DNA of 64,000 nucleotides. It comes from Paragordius varius. Taxonomy: Eukaryota; Animalia; Nematomorpha. The position numbers were made by a program, and so were the translations under genes. Of this stretch, positions 37,701 through 50,514 are shown one piece after another (position 1 is the first letter of the stretch; every line of letters begins with the position of its first letter). Under the pieces are notes generated by a model that saw only the letters and a program-made list of their open reading frames with translations, was not told the origin of the DNA and did not search any database. The DNA lies in contig OZ176056.1 of NCBI GenBank assembly GCA_964247055.1, positions 5,146,001 through 5,210,000 on the forward strand, given 5' to 3'.

Positions 37701-40700
37701 GTATATTATCATTTTCTGAGATATTTTAATATATAAATATTCTAAAATCATATAGTTAGGGTATGTATAAAATCTCAGCTCAAAAGATGCGTTTTTCTTT
37801 TAACTCACTTAAAAAAAGATATTTTAATGAAACTATACTAAAATAATATTTTTATATTATTTACTAACTAAACTCACCATATCCCAATAGTAATATTAAA
37901 TTGTGAAACAAACCTGTTACAGGAATTATAAGGATTGTTGGTTGATATTCCACTACTTTTAAATCCTATGTTGCATAATTATATACTTTTAATTACTCAT
38001 GTATTCCAAAATAAAACAGTATATATTAGTTTTATTTTGATAATTTTTTTTTACTGAATAAAATATGAATGTTATTTTAATAGTGAGTTTAGCTAATAAA
38101 TGATGAAAATTATTAATAATTGTATCTTTTAAGTGAGAGAAAAAATCCAACTTTTAAACTGAGATTTTATAGAAACCTTGACTATATTTTAAGAATGAAT
38201 ATCTCCTAAAATGATAACGAACTATAATATCTCAACTTTTATCATTAATTTTATTATACTTAATTATCCTTAATTTTCACTTTTTACCCGATTTCGATTT
38301 TCTCTTAATATACCATTTACAGTTCAAATTTACCCTTGAACGATTCAAACTCACCCTTGAACAATTCAAATTCACCCTTGAACAATTCAAATTCACCTTT
38401 AAACAATTCAAATTCACCCTAAAAATAAATTATGTGTTTTCGAACTAATATAACTCATTATTAATATAAAATATATGTTTATGGTATAGTTTATTATTTT
38501 TTCAGTATTATTTTAATTTAGAACAAAATTATTTTAAAAAAATATATAAAATATACGTAATTTTTGATCTTAAAAAACATATATTTTATTTGAGGGTGAA
38601 TTTGAATTGTTCAAGGGGGAATTTGAATTTTTAAGAATTTGAATTGTTTGAGGGTGAATTTGAATTGTAAATGGTATATTTCAAAAACTAGGCAGTCAAC
38701 AAATTAATATTTTTGCGGCAAATGAATTCGCTGGTCATAAGCTATCTCGTGAAAAAAATCGTAAAAAAAATTAACCCACTTTTTTGCAAAAAATTGTTTT
38801 TTTCATGAGATAGCTTATGATCAGGAATTCAATTGCCGCAAAAATAATTTGTTGCCGACCTAGTTTTTAAAATATTAAGTCAAAATTAAGGATAATTAAA
38901 GATAATTCAAAAAATAATGATTAAAGTTGAAATATTATGATTTATTATCATATAAGGAGATATTTTTTATATATAAATAGCCTATAAACATATAGTTAGG
39001 GTTTTATAAAATCTCAGTTCAAAAGATGGCGTTTTTATAGCATACTTTAAAGACAAATTTTGATGAAACTATATTAAAATTTTAAAATTATTTATTCTAA
39101 ACTCACTATTAAAATATTAAAATTCATAATATAGAAAAACCTTTTATATCAAAATAATACTAAAGATTATTGTTATTTATTTTTTGTCATCTGGTAAAGG
39201 TATAATAAATTTGTTTTATTTTTTGAATTTACATGAGCGGGAATCATAAAGTATATAAATTAATACAAAATAAAATTTACAAGTAATGAAGATCACCCCA
39301 AAACCCTACATATCCCAATAAAAATATTAATTTGTGCTAAAATTGTGTTACAGGGATTTGTAATGTTGGTTTATCCACTACTTTTAAATCCTTTGCATAA
39401 ATTATATTCTTTCTAATTCTCACTCATGACAAAATAAAGCAGTATAAATTTTTTATACGCCAAACCAAATGACAAAAAGAAAAATTAAATACATTTTTTA
39501 GTTTTATTTTGATATATATAAGCTTTTTACTGAATAAATATGAATTTAAGATTTAAATAGTGAGTTTAGCTAACAATAATTTAAATTTTTTTTATAGTTT
39601 TATAAAAAAAATTTTTTTAGTATGTTAAAAAACGCCATCTTTCGAACTGAGATATACAGACCCTAACTATATGATTTTAGGCTATTATATAAAAAATATC
39701 TCTTTAAATAATAATTCATAATATATCAAAATCATTATTTTGAATTACTCTTATATATCTTTAATTTTCACTTTTAAACCATAATTTTTTCTCAATATTT
39801 CAATAACTAGGTGGTCAACAAAATAAATTATTTTGCGACAAATGAATTCGCTGTCATAAGCTATCTTAGGGAAAAAAATTTTGTTAAAGAAAATAATCCG
39901 CTTTTTTATACACAGTTTTTTATATTATATAAATATATATTATATCTACCATTTGCACTTCCCTAGTGTCCTTGAACACTTTAAGTTTGTCGTTGATGTT
40001 AATCCTTTGACTTTTTTGGTTTGTTTTTAATTTTTATCAATCAAATCGTATATCCTTCAGTTATTTTATCGTTTTTACATATTTTCTATTATTTTACATA
40101 TGTTATAAAACGATATCAATTTTTTAATCAATCAGCGTATATCTTTATTAATTTTTAAAAATTATTTTAGATATTTTTAAAATTTTAATACGTAATTAAA
40201 AAATAAATAGGTTTTCTGGGTTATTATTAATAATTTTTCATTGTTTTGTTAAATTGGAAAAAAATATGTTTGAAACAAAAATCTGGTTTATTAATCAAAA
40301 TTTTAATATTTGAAAATAATAAATAAAGAACTTAAGCTTATAAATAATAAAATAAAAAATAAATGCAAAAATTATGGTAAATTCAAAATTTAAAAATTTT
40401 AAGGACCAACTTGAAGTGTTTAAGGACACTCTTAAAGTGCAAATGGTATATATAATATAGATCAGTGGTACTCACCAAAAAAATTTGACGGGCCAAATTA
40501 AATATATTTTTTTTTCGAGGGCCATGAACTTTATACTGGCAAATATCATATAGCTATTTGACACATATGCACATATACTTTAAATCAGCACAATGATTTT
40601 TTGCGGATGTAATCCAGCTAAAAACTCGTTTTTCACCATTTATATCAGATTAAAATATTTTGATAACAACATTTATTTTGATATAACCAATAATTTTTGA

Positions 40701-43700
40701 CAAATTTGGTTTAGCCTCATGACAGGCCAATCTTAATACGTCGCCCATATGATCATCGGTTAAGCGATTTCTATGTATTCTTGACATACTTCATCTTTGA
40801 ATATGCCGTCTCAAACGTGTAAGGGTAGGGAAAAACAGTTGGATAACTTGAGCACATTTATATTTTCATATTTATTTGGCATAAAAACTCTACAAATATA
40901 ATTTACAATTCTCCTTGAATATAGCCTCCATATTGGAATCATAAAATCTACGAATTTTTCAATGATAGCACCTGATCAAAGCCGAAATGCTTAGGTTGCT
41001 TAATATTGGATATATCCATATGCCAGGGATTTTCAACGAATTTTAAGCAATTTTTATTTCTTAATTCCTGAAATCTAAATTTCATCTCATTAGATAAAAT
41101 GAAATAATTGTATGTCACAAAGGTAGGCTAATATAACCCACCATTTGTCACTATTAATTTCCTCGTCAAACTTTCTGTTATCATTTATACATGCCTTAAA
41201 ACAAAAAATCTTTATAATACTTTGCTAAGGCTTAACCATCTAACAATGGTATACAAAAGAGTATCATCAAACTCACGTGGATATCTTTTAAATGGTTTTT
41301 GAATTTACGGCACAATTCTCTGCCCCTGTAGTTTAATATATCCACAACCCTTTTAAATTACTGAATTGAGTATTCATTTTTACACTCGAAACCAGGTTTT
41401 GCTGATGAATAAAGCAGTGAAATGATCAAATATTTAGCAAATTATATTTGTTTTTTAAAAGAGGAATAAATCCTTTGTTTTCAATCATAGAGGGACAGCC
41501 ATCTGTGCAGATCGAAACCATTTTATCAATAGTATTATTATTATCGAAAAAAGTGCTAATTATTCGAGAAAATCACTCTTTTTCGTGGTATTATATATTG
41601 GTAAAAATAATAAATATTCCCCGTTGATTATGTTGTCGTTGCAAAATCTTACAAGAGCGCACACTGAGGAGCTGAACTAATATCAGTGCTCAATCAATAG
41701 CAATTCTAAAATATTTATAGTTTTTCAGAGCCAATAAATATATTTAAATAATGCGTCGATCGCATGTTGAATCAGAAAGTTGAAGTTTTTTAATTTGGCT
41801 CATGATTTGATCCTTATTAATAAATTTATCAAATAAAAAACTGCAACCATTTATTAGACATTCTTCTATTAGTTGGCAATCAGTAAACGGCTTCATATTT
41901 TTTCCTAAAATATAGCAAATTTCATACGAAGCTAATGTTACAGCTTTTTCCTGGAAGAAAGCCATGGACATAAAAGATTTTTCTTCCTGGTATAATTCCT
42001 TAATCTTTTAATATTTTTCGTTTCTCAATATTGTATAATTAGGTTACCCTTACATATAAGGCAGGTGACATTTTTATTTAAAACGACAAAGAATTTTTCT
42101 TCCCATTCTCTTTTTAAAAGGAGCGATTTTCATCGGTTAATTTACGTTTTTTAGCATTAGATGTCATCCTTTGAATTTATGTTTAAATATTTTGTAAATT
42201 TTTTCAAAAAAATGGGAATATCATTTGAATTATGCAATAAAAAAAACAGATTAAAATTTAATGATGTGAGTTATATAAAATGATGCAGGATAGCAATGAA
42301 AAGAATAAGTATAGGCATTGGGTGAAAGGATTGCTAAAATGCAAAAAAAGAATGCTATAATTTTAAAATAGAAAAGAAAATAGAATGCAGAAACAAAAAC
42401 AACGTGTTCCAAAATTTTGAAATCATTTTAATGTAGGGAAATTTTTCTACGTTTCAAATTGGGTAAACATAAAAATTACCAAAATTAATCTAAATAAAAT
42501 ATATTAATATTAAAATAAGCGAAAATCCGATTATGTGTATTTTAAAATTTCATCAATAAAAAAAATAATTTTAGTATCAATATGGTCATAGGGCAATTTT
42601 AAAACACTCTTAGGGCCGCATGCGGCCCGCGGGCCGCGGTTTGAGTATCACTGATATAGATAGATATATATATATATATATGTATATGTTTCTTTCTCAA
42701 GCAATCGATGGGTTTATCACATTTCTCTAGTTAAGTAAGTGATAATACTGTATAATCCAAAACTGATATTCTACTATAAAAAAGTTTACACTTTTGCTTT
42801 TATATAAGGAAATTCGGTTTTAATAGATTAGTCGCTTTGCGAATATAAACTAATAAATTTATGTATTATACTATTATCAGGTAAGCCATTTTTCATACAT
42901 AAATATTTTATCCGAATTCCAAAAAAAGCTTGAAAATCATATACTGTATTGTGTCTACCAAATTTTACGAATTAAGTCAGTTCATTCAGGAAATATAATT
43001 CAGAAAAAATATATTTTTGATTTTGGCATACGTTTTTTATATACCCTTTGCCATTTAAACACATTTTGAACTATCCTAACTTCTCCATTAAACTCTACAT
43101 ATATCCAATTAAATGGACACTCTTTCGAACTTAATTATTTTTAAACAACTTGACTTTGTGTAGTTTAAGAAACCAGAAGCACCATAATTTAATTAATTAT
43201 AATATTTTCAAATTTGTTTTTAGTAGTATAATTAAAACTAATCTAATATAAATATGACTATCAATTATATATAAAATAATAAGAAAACTCCAAGATTTTG
43301 TGATTATAATGCTTAAGTTAATATTTTCTAATAAAGTTTGGACATTTAAAATAAATCTTTAGTATTCAGGCTGAAATTAGCATAATTAAAAAAGTGCTGA
43401 GTTACGATATAATGTTCATTTGGAAAGATAAAAACAGGTTTATGAGCATATTTTAGAACACGGGTGTCCAACACAGCTTCATCGGCCGCATATTTGGTTT
43501 AAAATATCCGACAGGCCGCATTCAGATATATTGGTATTATCAAATATTTTATTAGATTTTAGATTTAACACTTAACAGCTATAGATTTTGACATTATTGC
43601 TAGTTTATTGCCGAAAAATATTTATAAAATTTGTAAAAAAATTAATTTTTTACGTATTTGTTATTTGAAATTTCACGCGGACCGCAGAAATATTTTGTAC

Positions 43701-46700
43701 GGTTGCACCCCTTGAATAAAAATTTGCTTCAAATTTTATATTACGCGATTATAATAAAGTCATTTAAAAATATGCTCAAAAAAGTATTAACAATATATAT
43801 CATTTCTTCATATATTATTCGTTTTTAGATACAAAATTTAAATTTAGTCTTTTCATTTACTAAAAATGAAATCATAATTCGAAAATTTATTAGTATCACA
43901 TCCTGAATAATGCAGTAAAATACTGAATTATAAACTATTTAAATTTTTGGAAATTATAAAGCATGGTTGATTATCCTATTAAATATTAATTAATATTTTT
44001 GGCGCTCTAATTTTCACAAATAAGGTATTTAACCAAAACAATTAATTAGATATATTGGATGCATACCCTACATTTGGGGTTTATATTTAAAACAACAGTA
44101 GATAATTAATTTAAAATTGATCAAAGGCCATACATATAAATCAATAATTTACAAGGGAAAGAATAGATAAAATAGCGAGCGCACAGTTGAATAAACAACA
44201 TTCTAAAGATATTTTTAGGGTTAATGTATAAAGAAATTTCTCCTTATATAATAAATTAAAACTATTGATTGCAATGAGTTGGTCTAAAGGTTTAAATATT
44301 TTCAAAAAATTAGATAATGATAAAGGTAAGTATAGATTTAATAAAAGGTTTATTATAAAACGTGTTCAAAATTGGTGTTTAAATTTTAATTATGTTATTG
44401 ATTACCCTAAAATTAGGAGTCCAGAACCACTTCTATTGATACAGTTTTTTTATACGAAATTTTTGGTTGTTTAAAGCTTTTATATCTTACAGTTTATCAA
44501 AACAATTTAGATATGTTTCTGAAGGAGGTATAAAACAATTAAATATCATGTAATATACTTAAAAAACGGGCTTCCAGATAACATGGTTCCTATTAAAGAT
44601 TTCTTAGGCTGCATTTGAATCTTAGCTAAGGATTTTGGACTATCTACTTCTATAATACTTGCATTATGATTTCGATTTGAAACTGAATATAAATTTTTTT
44701 TCCCAAAATTTTCTTTAAATGATGTAAATGAGGAAACACCATTAATTTTCGAATTATTTAATCCTGAACTTAAGCTACTGTTAATGGATTCTAGAGAGGG
44801 ATCAATTTTAACTTTTTGATTTGTGCTAGAATTTTTATCACGCCTTACTATGCTTTGAATCCGACTAAATTTGGGTGAAATGGTAGAACTTTTATTTGAG
44901 ATTTTGTCAAGCGATAACGATTTTCTATACAATTGCAAATTATTTATTTGGTTGAGAGAGCCATTTCTCAAAACTTCCTCAGGAATTCTTGGAATTGCAC
45001 TTTTATCTTCATTAGGTACCGTTTCTCTATTACCGTTTACATTGAAAGCGCTCAAAGTAGAGAGTATGCTTTGTGCTATACTGTTGAGAAGTCTTTTCTT
45101 GGGTAATATATTATTTTTTTCACCATATTCACTTAGTTCGGATTCTACAATGCTTGCTTTAAGTAAATCGTTTCTTAAATTATGATGATATTGTATATAA
45201 TCTTTCGATTTTTTGCCATGTAGAGTTTTCTTCGATGATGTTTTAAACTCATTACTGTGATAATAATCGGGAATGGCATTGCTTTCGGAATCGCCTTCAA
45301 GGGGAGAACTTTCTTCTCCCTTTTTATTTAATAATTTTAAGGGTATATGAGATTCACACCAGGGTATACAACCACAACATGTGGAAAAATATTTTGTAAA
45401 CTTATCACTCATGTTCATTAGGACGTGGGGATTAAAATGTGTGAATAAAATAAATCAAATATGGAGTAAAAATAATGAATTTGGATACATGGACAAAAAT
45501 AATAATAATAATAATTATATAGAGGTTTTTTTTACCTTAAAAACCAATAAGTACATAGCAAAACAATTGGTTTAATTATTACATATACAACCAAAAATAA
45601 TTATCTTTGTTTTTAACAATATTTAGGTACAATTAATCGGAAATTCATTTAACCTATCAATTGGCTTATAGTAACATATATATAAGATAAACTCTAAAGT
45701 TTGCAAAACGTTTCAATATTTCCCACTTCCTGAAGAATTATATAAAATACATTTTTATCATCTCGTGTATGCGAAAAGTATGTCCATAATGATTATTAAT
45801 ATTTTTATTTTTGTGAAAATGTCGTTTTTAGTTTGTGTACATAAACCACATTCGCCTTTAGTTTTATATCTGGCTGCTAGAAAGTGCTATAAATATTGAA
45901 CAATATCTTATGGCTTAAACACAGTACTATGATTAATGCATAATTTTATATTTGTGTCTCAATGGTGACAAAGAAATATCAGCAGCATTGCAGGCACTCT
46001 AAAATTTTTGCATAATTTTTAAACTCTATCCCTAAATCATTCATTAATCTATTCCTCAAAAAGTTTCATTGGTTTTTTACTATATATGAAGACCTAAAAC
46101 ACAGAATTATGGATAAATGTTCTATATGAATAAATTATTTCTAAATTGCTAATAAGTATTAGATTACAAAGTGTAAAACTTGAATGATTAGATATGACGT
46201 ATAAGGCTAATAATTTATGTTAATTAGCCACACAAAAAAACAGTTAAATATATCAAGGTCAAATCTATTGACTGCTCTTCTTTCAATGCAATAACTATTT
46301 GCACTATTTTATCAAAATCTTATAAATAATTGGGAGATCAAATTTCTTGTATGAAATATTTTTTTATCTGTAAGATACCATCATTCTTGGGCAACAATAT
46401 GGTTAACTAAATATCGTCGGATTGTATAGAAATATGATTACATGTCTTATTCAAAATATACCATTTACACTTCAAATTCACCCTGGAACAATTCAAAATT
46501 TAAATGCACTCTCGAACAATTTAAACTCACCCTAAAAATAAATGTGTTTTCCGGCAAATATCTCATCATTAATATGAATTATTTTTTATGGCATAGTTTA
46601 TTTTTTTCAGCATTATGTTAATATTAAACAATCATTTTTCAAAAATAAAAAATATAGGCAGTTTTTTATATTCAAAATCATATAGTTCATTCTAAAAAAA

Positions 46701-49700
46701 TTTTGAATTGTTCGGGAATGACTTTGGAATGTTGTAGGGTTAATTTACGCTGTAAATGGTATAAATTGTTTGAGCGTTAAGATATATATATAAACATACA
46801 TTAAATATTCATCAATATAATCTAATAGTTTTGTTGGAAGTTTTATTTTTAATTAACCTTTCTCTAAAACGGTATCTTCTGAAGGCAAAGTTAAATTTTA
46901 CCAGTTAATAATTGAAGACGGTGTTTGTAAAATTTAAACTTCGTATGTCTAAAAGTTTAATTCAATTTAATGTTAATGAAATACAACATAAACTAATGGG
47001 AATAAATTACATCATACATGACAAGAACAAACACTAAAATACATAACACAGCACAAAATAGATAATGTAAAAATATATTAATGAAATATATTCTTATAGA
47101 TAAATTCAAGTATTCTTGGTTTAGGGGCTTTTTAATAATTTAAACATAATAATTTTTATGGTAATTATTTCATATCAAAAAAACGCAAAATTAGCGCACA
47201 TTATGCACTTTTTTTCATGAAAGCTAAATAAATTTTAATTTTAATGGCTTAATGCTGAAATTACTCATATGTTTTTAGGCTAGATTATGATAACCAAAAA
47301 ATATTTGAAAATGCATTAATTACTGCAGAAATTTGCTGAAGCGTCATTTAAAGCATAGTGGTAATATAATATATACTCTTGTTTTACATAATTCGGATTC
47401 AGAAATCTCTCACCTAAAAAATCACGTTTGTTCGTCTTCAAATTTAAAGAGATACTTTGTGAAACACATTTTTCGCAAGTTGGAAATTTGAAATGTAATT
47501 AAACTTAACCAAATATGTAATTATAAAAAATAATTTTTTTGATTTTATTATAATATAGCAAATATACTAAAAATTGTAATTGCGCTACTGGCATTTTCGC
47601 GTTTATGTTAAGTAAAACGGCGTCGCATGATAGAGCTGTCCAAAAATTTTAAATATCCGGAGCTCTATTTAAAAATTAAAAGTCACCAAATATTGCTTTC
47701 TTTTTAATATACAGTATGAGTAAGTATATATTGCTAGAAAATTATTAATTATCAAATAGTAAATACAAAGGGCAGGATTATTGGCATAATAGCAAAAAGT
47801 GAAAAAAAATAACTATAAGCCAATAAAACTGCCCTCTGTTATTTACTATTTGGCAGTATAACTTTCTTACTTACTCATACTGTATATTAATTATAAACTA
47901 AATGATTTCTATTATTATTGCTTTCTTTGGTTTTATGGCCCCAAAATTTAACAAACAGTATTTAAATATCTTATATTATTTACTAACTAGTTGCACTGAT
48001 AAATAGTGGTTGTTCCCTAAAATAATTTCATTTTTTTTCGTTTAACGGATACTAAAATTTAATGAACATTTTTAACTCTTGTTTTTATTGAAATTAAATT
48101 TATTATCATGTCCTATGAATTGTATCATTTATTGTATTTATATTCTGCCTAGCCAAAAATACATTATGTTTATAATGGGGATAAAAGAGTTTGTTACAAA
48201 CTTCAATTTTTTTAAAAGGGTAATATACTTTGAATCTCTCTTAAGCCTAATTTGATTTCCAAAATTTGTAACAAACTGAAATTTCATAAATCATTCATGT
48301 TATAATATTTTTTCACATTTTTTCGAATTTTTATGAAAAATAATTAATCTATATTTCACTGAATATATTTCTTACCTTTTAGTGTCAACTGCTTTGCCTT
48401 GTAATTCCGTGTAATCATTTTGATTCAAGAACGGTTTTAGAGTGGAAGATATTTTCTTGAAACTTGTGGTTAAGGCCGATTTTAATTTAGGGGTCGATGG
48501 AATACCAAAATTATCAGCACTGTTGCCATTAATTTCTCCTATGATTTTTTGACCAGTTTTTGAATTTCCTTCATTATCATTTTTCATAATTTTATTTGGG
48601 TTATTGTTGTTTTCACTAGATAAACTTTTGGTATCAATCCGCGATCTGCCATATTTTCTTCTGATACCTTCGATGTCATCATGGATTTCTTAAATGTCAA
48701 TTATTAAGAAAATATAAAGTCTTATGTATAAATTAATGTATCGGGATTCTTATGGTGCTTTTGGTTTAGGGCCTTACGAGTTATGGAAATTTTTTCTACT
48801 TTTGTAGTTGATGCAAAATTTGAGCATATTATATTAATAAATCTTGTTGGAAGCATAATGCTTCATTCCAAAAAATATCGTTAATATATTATAATATTTT
48901 AAAAAAGCAAAAAATATTTATATAATTGTTTTTAGATGGGGGCTCTAAAAGTCTCAGATATTTGATGGGCTTTATAAATAAACGCAAAAAAGCCGTTTTT
49001 CAATTTAATTTTTAATTATGTGATAAATTATGACATTAAATATTAAAAAAATCGAAACGATTCATCAAAACCTTAAATTTTGCTAAACGTATTTTGTGTT
49101 ATTTCGGAGTATTGTGAAAACGGTATAAAAACAGTTTATTTTTTAGTACAATTTTTCAATATATAATAAATTCGATGATGATGTTTCTATCACCTCAAAA
49201 TATTGAATAAAGATTGTTCGCCAAAATATGCAAAATCATCATAAAAACTTGATTTTACATATTTTTTATATAAATTCGTAAAAATCTAGCCAGCATGACA
49301 TGTGTGCAGCTAAAATAAAAAATGCAAATAAATTACTTTTTTTATTGATTTTAATGTTAGATGCGATTTTAATAAAAAAATAACTTAGCGTTAAAATAAA
49401 AACACACTATTTTGCAAAAGTCATAAAGATTGGTTTCAAAGCAGTTTGATATAAAGTTTTTTTTTCAAAACTAAATTTCATCTAGATATTTTGGCTATTT
49501 ATAGATTTAAATTGGAACCGTCTTCTCCATTATTATTGGGTCATTGGTTTCCCCAATTTTAATAAAAATGTCAATTAAAGGTGATAGAAATGTTTAGAGT
49601 TGATGAAGTATAGAGCGAAATGTATTTGTAATACTTTAAAGTGTCGTTTTTACCAAGCTCACACGACCGGTTCATCAATTTTTGCTAAAATTTTTTTTAT

Positions 49701-50470
49701 CAAAGTGTAGACACTTTAAAAAATATTTTTTGATACCACAAATTAAATAATCATTCGGGTTTTTTGCGTTTATTAATAAAAAAAGTCCCTTTTGGCTCAA
49801 AAATTTAAGACTTTGGTAGCACAAAAGTTAAAATTTTTTAAAAATACTGTTTTATGTATATAGAGTATTATATATATATATTCACTGTGTGCAAAAAAGA
49901 GGGTTAATTTTTTAACGAAATTATTTTTATTTCATGAGATAGCTTATGACCAGCGTATTCATTTGCAGGAAAAATTTTTATACGACCTAGCTTTTGAAAT
50001 AATTTTTTATAAACTCATAAACCAGATGACAAAAAATACAAAAAATAAAAAACAATATTTTTTGGTTTTATTTTGGTATATAAGTTTTTTATTAAATAAA
50101 ATATGAATGTTAAGAATATAATAGTGAGTTTAGCTAGTAAGTAATTAAAAAAATTATTTTATTATAGTTTCATAAAAAAATGAAAAATGCCATCTTTTGG
50201 CCTGGGATTTTATAGAAACCCTACTATATGATTATAGGCTTTTTATATATTAAAAATATCTCCTAAAATGATATTAAAGCATAATATCTCAAATTTTATC
50301 ATTATTTTTTGAATCCTTAATTACCCTTAATTTTCACTTTTTGCTCGATTTCGATTTTCTCTCAATATAAACTAGGTTGACAACAAATAAAAAGTTTTAC
50401 GGCAAATGAATACGCTGGTCATAAGCTATCTCATAATAAAAAAATTATTTGGTTTTTTTTGCTTACAGTG

Positions 50471-50514
<44 letters not shown>

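Noticed and set aside
44871-45185. 104-aa plus-strand ORF
   Set aside because: Antisense shadow of Syt7 exon 6; no independent support.
46858-46948. Two tiny minus-strand exons (47 and 21 nt) separated by a 23-nt GT-AG segment that could chain into Syt7
   Set aside because: Phase-compatible but with no homology support; such chains arise by chance in AT-rich introns. Worth rechecking only if junction reads appear.
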